Shown here one piece after another: positions 8,551 to 19,700 of a stretch of DNA of 31,546 nt; the stretch's first letter is position 1, and each line of letters starts with the position of its first letter. A model generated the notes under the pieces. The model was not told the origin of the DNA. It worked only from the letters and a program-made list of their open reading frames with translations, and did not search any database. The position numbers and the translations under genes were made by a program. The DNA comes from an uncultured virus (IMG/VR IMGVR_UViG_2690315711_000004) (taxonomy: Duplodnaviria; Heunggongvirae; Uroviricota; Caudoviricetes), in IMG/VR virus record IMGVR_UViG_2690315711_000004; one strand, 5' to 3'.

Positions 8551-8635
8551 AGGGGAGGGGCGGGTAAAATCCCTACCACTCTCGCCTTATAGGACCGCCC
8601 CCTTAAGTCAATTTTTACAGACGCGAAATAAGGAT
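8551..8635 (+). other. Putative cos packaging region; candidate cohesive end CGCCCCCTTA at 8596-8605
   Basis: GGGGAGGGGCGGGT...AGGACCGCCCCC motif immediately upstream of the small terminase, resembling HK97-type cos context; exact cut site is inferred. Confidence 0.6.
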
Positions 8636-8674
8636 TATTTTTTTCGAAACTTTTTAACATTTTTAGGAGGATAA

Positions 8675-9133
8675 ATGGCAGCCGGTATCCGCGCATCTGG
8701 TGGTGGCCGGAATAAAAATTTACCGGCTAAAAATTCTAAGAGTAGCATGACAAGGATTGCCCCACCGGCAGAATTGATGGGAGAGTCAGCAATAAAGCTC
8801 TGGAAGACACAAAGTAAAATTTTGATTGAACGTGGAACATTTGAACTTGAAGATGCTCCTCTTTTAGTTGCGTATTGCAATGCTTTCGAACTCATGCTTA
8901 CAGCAGAAAAGGTTATTTTAAAACAAGCTAAATTAGATTTGGAAAGTGGTGGTATTACTGAAATGAGTGGCTCGGGTGGATTAAAAAAACACCCTGCTGT
9001 TGCCGTTCGTAATGACAGTGTTTCACAAATCGCTCGTTTAGGTTCATTGCTTGGGTTGGATCCACTTAGCCGAATGAGAATGACTGGGCCTAGTGAACAG
9101 AATAATGATGAGAACGAATTTGATGAGTTTTAA
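8675..9133 (+). CDS. Terminase small subunit (P27 family)
   Basis: LLVAYCNAF, KKHPAVAV, LGLDPLSRMRM. Confidence 0.92.
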   Translation: MAAGIRASGGGRNKNLPAKNSKSSMTRIAPPAELMGESAIKLWKTQSKILIERGTFELEDAPLLVAYCNAFELMLTAEKVILKQAKLDLESGGITEMSGSGGLKKHPAVAVRNDSVSQIARLGSLLGLDPLSRMRMTGPSEQNNDENEFDEF

Positions 9134-9135
9134 TT

Positions 9136-10866
9136 ATGGCTACTTATCCGAGCGTCAATGCTGCAAACCAATACGCTAGAGATATTGTTAGCGGGAAAAT
9201 TTCATCATGTATTTATGTTAAACAATCCTGTCAACGTCACTTAGATGATCTCCAAAAAGCGAAAGAAAAAGATTGGCCATATCGTTTTGATAAAGATAAG
9301 GCAGAGCGCTTTTGTCGATTTGCTCAACTTATGCCCCACACTAAGGGAGAGTGGGCAAAGCGTAAATTACGGATCACACTAGAACCGTGGCAACTTTTTA
9401 TTTTCTGCGTAGTTTTTGGGTGGGTAAAAAAGAAATGTGGCAACCGTCGCTTCACTGAAATGTATGTTGAGGTACCGCGTAAAAATGGTAAATCATTGAT
9501 TGCTGCAGCCGTTGGAAATTACATGTTTTGTGCTGATGGTGAATATGGTGCAGAAGTGTACTGTGGTGCCACAACAGAAAAGCAAGCGTGGAAGGTATTT
9601 GAGCCAGCTTTAGCCATGGTTAAGAAATTACCCTCACTGAGGAAACGATTTCAAATCAAACCATGGGCAGAAAAAATGACTCGTCCTGATGGTTCTTTAT
9701 TTGCTCCTTTGATTGGAGATCCTGGTGATGGTGATAACCCAACCTGTGCGATTATTGATGAGTATCATGAGCATTCAACAGATGCGTTATATACAACAAT
9801 GACAACAGGTATGGGGGCGCGAGAGCAACCATTAACGCTAATTATCACAACGGCAGGATTTGATATTCAAAGTCCTTGTTACGATAAGCGAGTTCAGGTT
9901 ACTGAAATTCTTGAAGGTATTCGTACTGGTGGGGCAAATGAGCAGATTTTCGGCATTATTTATACCATAGATAAAGATGATGATTGGAAATTACCAGAAG
10001 CCATTATTAAGTCTAACCCAAATTGTGATGTGTCAGTAAAGTACGATTATCTTTTAGCAAAACAAGAGCTTGGTATTACAACACCAAGACAAACAAACCA
10101 GATAAAGACTAAACATTTCAATATTTGGGTTTCTGCAAAATCAGCGTTCTACAATATGGATCATTGGCGTAAAGCTGAAGATAAAAGCCTAAAACTAGAA
10201 GATTTCTATGGTGAAGATGTCTATTTAGGTATTGACCTAGCAACAAAGCTGGATTTGAACTGTGTAGCTCCTATTTTTATGCGAGAAATTGGCGGTAAAA
10301 AACATTATTTTTCTATATCTCCATTATTTTTTGCGCCAGAAGATACGATTTATTCAACCGATAGTGACAAGTTGAGGACTGCGGAACGGTATCAAAGTTT
10401 TGTCAATCAGAAAGCATTAATACCAAGTGATGGTGCAGAGGTTGACTACCGTTTGATTGAAGAATCTATCTTAAAATTGAGAGAACATTTCAGTATTGTT
10501 TCCAGCCCAATTGACCCATTTGGTGCGGTGGCGTTATCTCATCGACTACAAGATGAAGGATTAGAGCCTATTTCTATCACTCAAAATTATACAAATATGA
10601 GTGATCCCATGAAGGAAATAGAAGCAGCTTTAGCTTCAGGACGATTTCATCATGATGGAAACCCTATTATGACGTGGTGTTTTCAAAATGTGGTCGGTAA
10701 GTATTTGCCGGGTAGTGATGATGTTGTTAGACCAACAAAAGATGGCAATGAAAATAAAATTGATGGAGCTGTTTCAGTCATGATGGCTGTTGGTCGAGCA
10801 ATGTTGAATAACTCAGAAAAAACACTTTCCAATATCCTCTCTTCTCGAGGCTTACGCTCTCTCTAA
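9136..10866 (+). CDS. Terminase large subunit
   Basis: Walker A VPRKNGKS, Walker B AIIDEYHEH, IITTAG, GIDLA, KIDGAVS. Confidence 0.96.
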   Translation: MATYPSVNAANQYARDIVSGKISSCIYVKQSCQRHLDDLQKAKEKDWPYRFDKDKAERFCRFAQLMPHTKGEWAKRKLRITLEPWQLFIFCVVFGWVKKKCGNRRFTEMYVEVPRKNGKSLIAAAVGNYMFCADGEYGAEVYCGATTEKQAWKVFEPALAMVKKLPSLRKRFQIKPWAEKMTRPDGSLFAPLIGDPGDGDNPTCAIIDEYHEHSTDALYTTMTTGMGAREQPLTLIITTAGFDIQSPCYDKRVQVTEILEGIRTGGANEQIFGIIYTIDKDDDWKLPEAIIKSNPNCDVSVKYDYLLAKQELGITTPRQTNQIKTKHFNIWVSAKSAFYNMDHWRKAEDKSLKLEDFYGEDVYLGIDLATKLDLNCVAPIFMREIGGKKHYFSISPLFFAPEDTIYSTDSDKLRTAERYQSFVNQKALIPSDGAEVDYRLIEESILKLREHFSIVSSPIDPFGAVALSHRLQDEGLEPISITQNYTNMSDPMKEIEAALASGRFHHDGNPIMTWCFQNVVGKYLPGSDDVVRPTKDGNENKIDGAVSVMMAVGRAMLNNSEKTLSNILSSRGLRSL

Positions 10867-10875
10867 GGAAATTTA

Positions 10876-11055
10876 ATGAAATTTTTAACAATAACAGCCT
10901 TATTGGTTGGGATTGCGGGTGCCTTTTTGTTGTCATGGGGCGCTTGGTTAATCTACCCACCGATGGGCTATATTTGCGCGGGTTTATTGTGCCTTTTATG
11001 GTCATACCTTGTTTCAAGAGCGCTTGGACAACCTAGAAATAACAAGGAGGAATAA
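10876..11055 (+). CDS. 59-aa two-TM membrane protein between terminase and portal
   Basis: MKFLTITALLVGIAGAFLLSWGAWLIYPPMGYICAGLLCLLWSYLVSRALGQPRNNKEE; stop overlaps the portal ATG. Confidence 0.75.
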   Translation: MKFLTITALLVGIAGAFLLSWGAWLIYPPMGYICAGLLCLLWSYLVSRALGQPRNNKEE

Positions 11056-12284
11056 TGTTTTTCCCTGGGTTATTTCAGAAATCTCAGAAAGAGATGACCT
11101 CATCAGAACTGAGTGAGTTAATTGGATTGTCTTATGACACTTATTCTGGTCGAAGAGTGAGTACACAACTCGCTATGCAACTGACTTCTGTATTTAGTTG
11201 TATTCGTGTTCTTGCAGAATCGGTAGGGATGTTGCCATGCTCCTTATATGAACAATTAGAAAGAGGAAATAAACGCGCCACCAAAGAACGGTTACACAAA
11301 TTACTGGCGGTTAAGCCCAATAATTACATGACACCTCAAGAGCTTTGGGAGTTATTAATTGCCTGTTTGTGTTTAAGGGGAAATTTTTATGCTTATAAGG
11401 TGTACGCCTTAGGCGAAGTGGTTGAATTACTGCCTCTCGATCCTAGTTGTGTCACGCCGAAATTAAATAGCCAATGGGAGCCTGAGTATCAGGTGACATT
11501 TCCAAATGGTAAAAGTGAAACACTGACACAGCAAGAAATCTGGCATGTACGGATTTTTACTCTTGATGGTTTAGTGGGATTAAGTCCGATCGCCTATGCA
11601 CGTCAAGCCATTGGTTTAGGATTAGCCACTGAAGAGCATGGTTCGCGTTTATTTGGAAACGGTGCTGTGACAAGTGGTGTATTACAAACGGATCAATATC
11701 TAAAAGATGATGCTTACGAAAGACTGAAATCTGACTTCGGTGAACAGCACCAAGGGTTAGCCAATGCACATAAACCGATGATTTTAGAAATGGGGTTGAA
11801 GTGGCAACAAATCAGTTTATCGGCTGAAGATGCGCAATTTCTTGAAACACGAAAGTTTCAGTTAGAGGAAATTTGCCGTATTTTTCGCGTTCCTCTTCAT
11901 ATGGTGCAAAACACCGATCGTGCCACATTCAATAACATTGAAAACTTGGGTATTGGTTTTATTAATTACTCACTCGTTCCTTACCTTATTCGTATAGAGC
12001 AACGCATTAATGCAGGGCTAGTAAAAGACAGTAAGCAAGGGATTTTTTATGCCAAATTTAATACTGGTGCTTTATTACGTGGTGATATGAAATCGCGATT
12101 TGAAGCCTACTCAACAGGCATTAACTGGGGGATTTATTCGCCTAATGAATGTCGTGAACTCGAAGAGTTAAATCCTCGTGAGGGTGGTGATATTTATCTC
12201 ACACCGATGAACATGACCACTAAACCAGAAACCCAAAAACAAGAGGAGAAAACGCATGCCGATGATGACCAAACAACGGCTTGA
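11055..12284 (+). CDS. Portal protein, HK97 family
   Basis: VFSCIRVLAESVGMLP, GLSPI, DAQFLETRKFQLEEICRIFRVP, SPNECRELE. Confidence 0.96.
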   Translation: MFFPGLFQKSQKEMTSSELSELIGLSYDTYSGRRVSTQLAMQLTSVFSCIRVLAESVGMLPCSLYEQLERGNKRATKERLHKLLAVKPNNYMTPQELWELLIACLCLRGNFYAYKVYALGEVVELLPLDPSCVTPKLNSQWEPEYQVTFPNGKSETLTQQEIWHVRIFTLDGLVGLSPIAYARQAIGLGLATEEHGSRLFGNGAVTSGVLQTDQYLKDDAYERLKSDFGEQHQGLANAHKPMILEMGLKWQQISLSAEDAQFLETRKFQLEEICRIFRVPLHMVQNTDRATFNNIENLGIGFINYSLVPYLIRIEQRINAGLVKDSKQGIFYAKFNTGALLRGDMKSRFEAYSTGINWGIYSPNECRELEELNPREGGDIYLTPMNMTTKPETQKQEEKTHADDDQTTA

Positions 12285-12906
12285 TGTGCCATTGAAAATT
12301 AAGTCTGTTAGTGATTCTGGCGAGTTTGAAGGCTACGGCTCCGTTTTCGGGGTAAAAGACAGTTATGCCGATATTGTGATGCCGGGGGCTTTTCTTAATT
12401 CCCTGAGTCAGTGGAAAGAAAAAGGTGCATTACCTGCCTTACTTTGGCAACACCAAATGGCCGAGCCTATTGGTATTTATACCGAGATGAGAGAGGACAG
12501 TACTGGGCTTTATGTGAAAGGGCGCCTATTAATTGATGACGACCCTTTATCTAAACGAGCACATGCTCATATGAAAGCCGGATCACTCTCGGGTCTTTCT
12601 ATTGGTTACATTCTTAAAGATTATGAATATGACCGCAGTAAAGATGCTTTTCTGCTGAAAGAAATCGACTTATGGGAAGTCAGCTTAGTGACATTTCCTT
12701 CCAATGATGAAGCGCGAGTCAGTGATGTGAAGTCGGCATTTGCTCGTGGTGAATTACCCACACAAAAAAGTATTGAGCGAGTCCTGCGCGATGTTGGGCT
12801 TTCGCGAACACAAGCCAAGGCTTTTATGGCCAAAGGCTATGATGCACTTTCTCTGCGTGATGTTGAGCAAGAAGCATTAGAAACATTGAAATCTATTTTT
12901 AAATAA
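12256..12906 (+). CDS. Prohead maturation protease, HK97 family
   Basis: FEGYGSVFG, LLWQH, GLSIGY, LWEVSLVTFPSN. Confidence 0.95.
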   Translation: MPMMTKQRLDVPLKIKSVSDSGEFEGYGSVFGVKDSYADIVMPGAFLNSLSQWKEKGALPALLWQHQMAEPIGIYTEMREDSTGLYVKGRLLIDDDPLSKRAHAHMKAGSLSGLSIGYILKDYEYDRSKDAFLLKEIDLWEVSLVTFPSNDEARVSDVKSAFARGELPTQKSIERVLRDVGLSRTQAKAFMAKGYDALSLRDVEQEALETLKSIFK

Positions 12907-12919
12907 TAAAGGAAAAATT

Positions 12920-14128
12920 ATGGCTATTGATCATAAAGACGTCAGTGAAGTTGCGCAGGAATTAAAAGGTCAGTTTGATGAATTTAAAAAGTCGAATGAT
13001 AAACGTATCGATGCGATTGAAGCTGAAAAAAGTAAGTTATCAGCAACCGTTGATACCTTAAATGAAAAACTATCAGAGCTGGATGAATTAAAAAGCAATT
13101 TAGAAGCGGAACTTGCTTCAGTAAAACGCCCAGATGGTAACGTGACGAATAAAGATGTCTCTGAGCATAAAACCGCGTTTGAATTATTTGTGCGTAAAGG
13201 TACAGATGATGGCCTTGCGGAATTAGAGCGTAAAGCAATGCAGGTCGGTTCAGATCCTGACGGCGGTTATGCGGTACCCGAAGAACTGGATCGTAATATC
13301 ATTACGGCATTGCGTGATGAAGTGGTTATGCGCCAAGAGTGTAATGTGATTACGGTTGGCACAGAGAAGTTTAAACGCCTGATTAATCAAGGTGGCACAA
13401 ATAGTGGTTGGGTCGGTGAAGTGGACAAACGCCCCGAAACCAACACATCAAAACTCGCGTCTATTGAACCGTTCTGGGGTGAAATCTACGGCAACCCTGC
13501 TGCTACTCAAACTATGCTCGATGATGCCTTTTTTAATGTTGAGCAATTCATCACCAGTGAGTTAGCCACAGAATTTGCTGAGCAGGAAGAAGCGGTATTT
13601 ACCCACGGTGACGGTATTAAAAAGCCTAAAGGTCTGTTGGCATACGGCAGTGACGATAAAGGCGACAAAGAGCGTGAATGGGGTAAGTTACAGCATTTGT
13701 TATTGAAAAAACCGACAGAAATCACGGCGGATGAAATCATGAAATTGATTTACACCATGCGAAAGGTTTATCGTACAGGTGCTAAATTTATGATGAATAA
13801 CAATACATTATTCCAAGTTCGCACACTGAAAGATGCTCAAGGTAATTATTTGTGGCAACCCGGTCTGCAATTAGGGCAACCTTCTGCATTATTAGGGTAT
13901 GGCATTGCAGAAAATGAGCAATTTTCTGATGTCTCTGCTGATGCTGTGCCGATTGCTTTTGGTAACTTCAACCGCTGTTACACTATCCTTGATCGTATTG
14001 GTGTTCGTATGTTACGTGACCCATACACCAACAAACCGTTTGTGCATTTTTATACAACAAAACGTGTTGGCTCTATGTTGGTTGACAGTAATGCTGTGAA
14101 GTTACTGAAAGCTGGAGCCACTAAATAA
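12920..14128 (+). CDS. Major capsid protein, HK97 fold with N-terminal coiled-coil delta domain
   Basis: DGGYAVPEEL, GDGIKKPKGLL, LKDAQGNYLWQP, FYTTKRVG. Confidence 0.96.
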   Translation: MAIDHKDVSEVAQELKGQFDEFKKSNDKRIDAIEAEKSKLSATVDTLNEKLSELDELKSNLEAELASVKRPDGNVTNKDVSEHKTAFELFVRKGTDDGLAELERKAMQVGSDPDGGYAVPEELDRNIITALRDEVVMRQECNVITVGTEKFKRLINQGGTNSGWVGEVDKRPETNTSKLASIEPFWGEIYGNPAATQTMLDDAFFNVEQFITSELATEFAEQEEAVFTHGDGIKKPKGLLAYGSDDKGDKEREWGKLQHLLLKKPTEITADEIMKLIYTMRKVYRTGAKFMMNNNTLFQVRTLKDAQGNYLWQPGLQLGQPSALLGYGIAENEQFSDVSADAVPIAFGNFNRCYTILDRIGVRMLRDPYTNKPFVHFYTTKRVGSMLVDSNAVKLLKAGATK

Positions 14129-14158
14129 TCTGAGTTTATATATCTCAGTTTCATGTAT

Positions 14159-14180
14159 ACCGCTTAATTGCGGTTTTTTT
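14159..14180 (+). terminator. Intrinsic terminator after the capsid gene
   Basis: ACCGC-TTAATT-GCGGT followed by a T-run. Confidence 0.8.
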
Positions 14181-14221
14181 GTGCCTGCGATCGGGATAGG
14201 TCGCAGGATTAAGGAGGATAC

Positions 14222-14527
14222 ATGCAATTACCTACAATTGAAGAGTTGCGCCTTCAGTGTCGTATCGATATCGATGATGAAGATCCTCTATTACTTGGGT
14301 ATTTGACTGCAGCAAAGGAAAAAGCCAGTAATTATTTAAATCGTAATCTGTATGAAACTGATATTCCTGATGAAGATAAAGAGGGATTGATTATTACTCC
14401 CATCATTAAACTGGCATTAATGCTCGCTGTCGGCTTTTGGTATGACACAAGAGAATTAAAGAAAGTACCACAAGGATTTTATGATTTATTGAGTGATTAT
14501 CGTATTTCACCGATGAGGATTAAATAA
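14222..14527 (+). CDS. Head-tail connector (HK97 gp6-like)
   Basis: TIEELRLQCRID...IKLALMLAVGFWYDTRE. Confidence 0.88.
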   Translation: MQLPTIEELRLQCRIDIDDEDPLLLGYLTAAKEKASNYLNRNLYETDIPDEDKEGLIITPIIKLALMLAVGFWYDTRELKKVPQGFYDLLSDYRISPMRIK

Positions 14528-14853
14528 TGCTGGCAGGTGAACTCAATAAACGCATCTCCCTTTCTCACTATGTTACAGAACGTGATGATTTAGGGAGTGA
14601 AAAAGTTGTTTCAAAGAAAGTGGCTGAGGTATGGGCCAAAGCCGAATCGATGTCGAACCGTAAGATCCGTACCGCAGACCAAGATCAGGTAATTGAAACC
14701 TATCATTTCACTATTCGCACTCGTTCTGATGTTGATATGGGGTGGTTGGTAGGCTATCAGGGGCGACTATTTACTGTACGCGCTGTTGACCGAAATCAGG
14801 CTGATAGAACCATTATTACCACGGAGGCGAATATACAACATGATAGAAGTTGA
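14527..14853 (+). CDS. Head closure / head-tail adaptor (SPP1 gp16-like)
   Basis: MLAGELNKRISL, EVWAK, FTIR. Confidence 0.87.
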   Translation: MLAGELNKRISLSHYVTERDDLGSEKVVSKKVAEVWAKAESMSNRKIRTADQDQVIETYHFTIRTRSDVDMGWLVGYQGRLFTVRAVDRNQADRTIITTEANIQHDRS

Positions 14854-15229
14854 TATTAAAGCTGATCTGGAACGTATTACGGGGTTGTTAGCTTATCCGT
14901 TAAAACTCCCATCCGATAAATTAGAGGGGGTTATCTATCAACGAATTAGCGACCCCAAGATAGACGCTGGATTAGCCCACACCTCACTTGTTCAAGCCCG
15001 TTTTCAAATCGTTATTCAAATACCTGATGATTATCCCAAAGCGCTGATGCTTGAATCTAAACTTTGTCGCGAATGGGAGTCTGTTGTGCATGGTTATATT
15101 GGAAATTATCCCGTGCAAACCGTTCAGCGGGGTAACTTTCAGCAGGACATGATCGAACAAACAGAAAATCGCAAAATTTATCGTATTTATCGTGATTTCA
15201 TTATCACCTATCCCGAGGACGCATCATGA
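14840..15229 (+). CDS. Probable tail terminator/completion protein
   Basis: ATG 14840 after GGAGG; IYQRISD, ARFQI motifs; position in the neck cluster. Confidence 0.7.
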   Translation: MIEVDIKADLERITGLLAYPLKLPSDKLEGVIYQRISDPKIDAGLAHTSLVQARFQIVIQIPDDYPKALMLESKLCREWESVVHGYIGNYPVQTVQRGNFQQDMIEQTENRKIYRIYRDFIITYPEDAS

Positions 15230-15630
15230 ACATCACCATGAAAGTTGAGGGATTACGGGAATTAGGAGAGGTATTACAGCGATTAGAGAAAGATGTCCAA
15301 ATTAATATCCTCCGTCAATCAGGGAAATCAGCTATGGTGCCTGTTTTAGAGGATATGAAAACACATGCAGGGTTTGATGAAACAGTAGCAAGCGAACATA
15401 TGCGTGACAGCATAAAAATACGCTCTTCACGCAGTAAAAAAACAAAAGGAGCGGTTTTAATTACCGTAGGACCCACCAAAAAACACTATATGAAAGCGAG
15501 AGCGCAGGAATTTGGCACCATTAAGCAAATCGCCCATCCATTTATTCGCCCAGCTTTGGATTACAACAAACAAGCGGTACTCAAAGTTCTTGTTTCTGAA
15601 ATCAGAGACGCACTCAGACAATTTAAATAA
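15226..15630 (+). CDS. HK97 gp10-like tail/neck protein
   Basis: VEGLREL, QEFGTIKQIAHPFIRPALD. Confidence 0.88.
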   Translation: MNITMKVEGLRELGEVLQRLEKDVQINILRQSGKSAMVPVLEDMKTHAGFDETVASEHMRDSIKIRSSRSKKTKGAVLITVGPTKKHYMKARAQEFGTIKQIAHPFIRPALDYNKQAVLKVLVSEIRDALRQFK

Positions 15631-15652
15631 ACCTATTCTAGGAGCTTAAATT

Positions 15653-16129
15653 ATGGCAGTTCAAAAAACATCGCCAGAATACGCCATGCTACCGGCAGGC
15701 ACTATTGTTAAATTTGGTAAAGTGGGTGACACCGCCGAGCAAATGAAGCCACTCATTAACTGTAAGTCACTAGGTGCCACCGGTCAATCAGGTAGCTTTG
15801 TTGATGTCACCGTTTTAATTGATAAAAACAAGCAATTTATTTCTGACTTACCAGAAGGGCCTGAAAAGTCGTTAGGCTTTATTGATGATCCAGAAAATGA
15901 AAATTTTGTTGCATTTCTGAATGCAGCAGAAAAGCGTGAAACGGTACAGTTCTATTGTGAGCTTCCTAATAAACGTACGGCAACCATGATCCTTTCATTG
16001 TCAGGCTGGGAATTAAATGACGTCTCAGCTCCTGCTAACGAGGCTATTCAAATCACCGTAAAAGGTAAACAAAATAACTTAGTTTGGGGAACCTCTACAG
16101 TGACACCACCGACAGAAGGAAATGATTAA
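15653..16129 (+). CDS. Major tail (tube) protein
   Basis: Position before chaperones and tape measure; FVDVT...KQFISDLPEGPEK tail-tube-like motif. Confidence 0.82.
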   Translation: MAVQKTSPEYAMLPAGTIVKFGKVGDTAEQMKPLINCKSLGATGQSGSFVDVTVLIDKNKQFISDLPEGPEKSLGFIDDPENENFVAFLNAAEKRETVQFYCELPNKRTATMILSLSGWELNDVSAPANEAIQITVKGKQNNLVWGTSTVTPPTEGND

Positions 16130-16479
16130 TGAAAGGATTAAAAGCCTCTTTACTCACCGCTAAGCCACAGATTATTGAAGTGGAAATCTTATGCGGTGTG
16201 AAAGTGAATATTCGTCGTATGACAGCCAATGAGCTGATGCAACTTGAAACGGATGTCTCTGATTTAAATCGTCAGGGGAAATTTCGCGAATCGTCACTAA
16301 AAAATGTCAGTATGTTGCTCAATTGCCTCGTTGATGATGACGGCAAGCCGATAAACAAATCATTATTACCTAAACCAGAAGAACTGGTTAACGTTCATGA
16401 TAACGCAATATTGATAGAAGCAATTGATATTGTGAAAAAACACTCTATTGGCACTCTAGAGGAGGCAAAAAAAAACTAA
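16129..16479 (+). CDS. Tail assembly chaperone (gpG equivalent)
   Basis: Between tube and tape measure; ends EAKKN over an A9 slippery tract. Confidence 0.85.
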   Translation: MKGLKASLLTAKPQIIEVEILCGVKVNIRRMTANELMQLETDVSDLNRQGKFRESSLKNVSMLLNCLVDDDGKPINKSLLPKPEELVNVHDNAILIEAIDIVKKHSIGTLEEAKKN

Positions 16480-16733
16480 CCGATAGTCCTCTACTCTATT
16501 TTGCTTATCAGCTTTGTGAAGAGTTAGGGGAAATCGATCCCTTTCGTGTTCTTAACTTGCCTGCCAATACCTTATTGGGCTGGCAGGCTTACTTCACACT
16601 CAAACATGAAAAATCAAGTGTGATACCGCCATCAGAGAGCACCCCCGCTTCGGAAAACTCCCCCAAAATCGTAAGCACCACTAAATCAGTTGAGCAGCAA
16701 TGTGCTGACGTAATGAAAATGATAGGAAGATAA
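16129..16733 (+). CDS. Tail assembly chaperone gpGT, made by -1 programmed frameshift
   Basis: GCA AAA AAA AAC TAA (A-run 16467-16475); -1 frame is open LTDSPLLYFAYQLCEELGEIDPFRVL... to TAA 16731-16733, just before the tape measure ATG. Confidence 0.82.
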
Positions 16734-16735
16734 CT

Positions 16736-19700
16736 ATGGCCACCAATTTAGCCGATTTACGTGTTGGATTATTGCTGAATGACGCTAGTTTCCGCAGTAA
16801 TATCACTGATGCGATGAATCACGCAGGACGTGAAACAGAGCGCTTCTCAAGAAAAGCAAAACAAAATGCTAAAGATGTTTCAGATAGCTTTCATTCTATT
16901 GGTACATCAGTTAAGCAGGTTGCGGGATCGTTAGCGATGGTAGGCGGGGTGAGTCTTTCTATCGGGAGTATTTTAGGTATTTCTCGTCAATATGGACAAG
17001 CGCTTTCTGATTTAGCGGCAATTACTGGTGCTGCGGGTGAACAGCTAAAAGTATTTGATGAAGCAGCTCAAGAGATGGGGCGAACAACACAATACAGTGC
17101 TATGCAGGCGGCAGAAGCTATTAAATTAATGGCAGCGTCCAAGCCTGAGCTGATGAAAACAAGTGAAGGACTGATTAATGTAACAAAAAGCTCCTTAATT
17201 CTTGCTCAAGCTTCAGGTACTACCTTACCAGATGCAACTAGAACACTGGCCTTATCGCTTAATCAGTTCGGTGCATCAGTATCGGATGCCGATCGTTATA
17301 TTAATGTGCTTGCAGCAGGCTCTCGATATGGCGCTTCAGAAGTTAATGAGACTGCAGAGGCGATTAAAAAAGGAGGTGTTGCGGCCGCTCAAGCTAAAGT
17401 CCCTTTCGAAGAAATGAACGCAGTTATCCAAACGTTGGCAGAGCGTGAAGTTAAGGGCGCTGATGCAGGAACGGCATTGCGTAACATGATTTTAATTTTA
17501 GAATCGAGTACTGACAAAAAGCTCAAACCATCAGTGGTTGGAATGACAACTGCATTGGAAAACTTAGCACAAAAAAACTACAGCACAACTGCATTAACAA
17601 AAATATTCGGTCGAGAAAATGTTAATGCTGCCATGATACTGAGTAAAAACACCGATAAGGTTCGAGAGCTTACTAAGGCACTTACGGGTACCGAAACTGC
17701 CTATGAGCAAGCCAAAGAGCGTACCAATAATTTTAATGGTGATTTACAAAATTTAGCGAGTGCGTTTGAAGGGCTAGCCATTAAAGCGGGTCAATCGGCA
17801 AATGGTCCGTTAAGAACAGGCATTCAATCCGCATCAGATGCCATAAATACGTTATCAAATAATTTATCCACATTGGTTAATGTAGGCACATATGCAGTTT
17901 TACCTGTTATTGGTGCCAGAATGACCCGAGGGCTTCAAGAGCAAACCAAAGAATGGGTGAAAAACGAAGCTGCAGTGAGAAATAATGCGAAACAAATGAG
18001 GGAAACGGCTCAAGCAACCATCGATTCAGCAAAAGCATCAAGAGAACAAGCTCAACAAGAGTCAAGACAACTAGCAACTCAATCTGTATTGATGAGACAG
18101 CGTGGCGTTAATGCAGATTACCAGAGCAGATATTTAACATTAAGCCGACAAATAAAAGAAGCGGATCGCCAAGAAGAAATAGGAAAACAGAGACTTATCG
18201 CAGCAAATAACCAGCTTTCATATAGCCAAAGGGCGTTGCGAGCATCGAGCATGGCATTGAAGGGCGTTTATTCTGCTTTAGGGGGGCCTGTGGGTGCAGC
18301 TATGCTTGCTGGTTCTGCAATCTATTATTTTCACAATAAGGCTTTAGAGGCCAGAGATAGCGCTCTTAATTTAAAAAGAGCTGTCGCCGAAACAACAGAT
18401 GAGTTAATGAGGCTATCTCAAGCCAAACTGGCCGTAAAGATAGATGATGTGAGGGATAGCCTAAAGAATATAGAAGAGCAAGAAAAAATAGTTAAAAATC
18501 AATTGGAGAGTTATAGCGATACCAAAATACAACTATTGGAAAAAAGGGGGAAAGGTTTTTTTGGGTGGGCTCATACATGGTATGAATCGGCTGATGAAGC
18601 AAAAGCTACACAAAATAAATTAAAAAGTGAACTAGAAGATATTATAAAAAATAAGGAAATTGAATCACAAACACTTGAAGCTGCAATAGAAGCTCAAAAA
18701 AGATTACTTAATGGAGAAAAGCCTCCTGAACTGAAAGAGGACAAACCAGCAGGTGACAGCGGAGGTGGTGGAAATGATGGGGGGAATGATCTAGTTTCAG
18801 GCTCTAAACAAAAAGTTAGTCAATACCATCAATTACGTATGCAAATAGAGCAAGAGCACGCAACCAGCTTAGAGCGCATCTCATTAAGTGAATCTGAGAC
18901 GATGCGTAAGCTTCAGGAAAGCTTAAAAGCTGGTGGTATGAAGCAAGCTGAATATGAGCGATTAAAAACACTCAATGCTGAAAACCACATGAAACAGCGT
19001 GCAGAGTTAGCAGAAAAATATTCACCGATGCGTACCTCGTTGCGTAATGAACAAGAAATGACAAAAGAGTTGAAGTCTCTGTTTGAACAGAGATTGTTAA
19101 CAGAAAAAGAATATCAATACGCGCGAATGCAGATGGACAAAGATATGTCTAAGTACCGCCTGTCAGAGCAAGCAAAAGGTATTTCTCTCCCGAATATCAG
19201 TATCCTTGGTGAAATAGATCCCGTTATTCAACTCAGAAATCAATTGGAAGAACAAAAAGCGCTTTATCAGGCTTACTATGAAGATGGGTTAGTGAGCAAA
19301 GAGCGCTATGAGCAATTGATTATTGCCGCTACAAATAAATCAAAAGAAGCACAGTATCAATCAAGTAAAGAGTTTTACGCATCTCAAGGCATGTGGCAAC
19401 GCATGCAGATGAATTTAGTTGATGCAGTTGAACAACGAACCGCCAATGCAATGACTGGTATGCTAATGGGAACAAAATCTTTTTCAGAAGGCATGAAAGA
19501 ATTTTCTTCTTCATTAGCCAGTTCAATCATTTCTGATCTTATTCGTATCGCTATTCAAGCTCAAATTACTAACGCATTGACCGGATTGATGGGGGGTTTT
19601 GCGGGGAGTGGTGGTGCAACAAGTGGTGCTAAGGCTGGCAAGGTAGGAGTAAAAGCGAATGCTAAAGGGGATGTTTATAGTTCACCAAGCCTCAGCCAAT

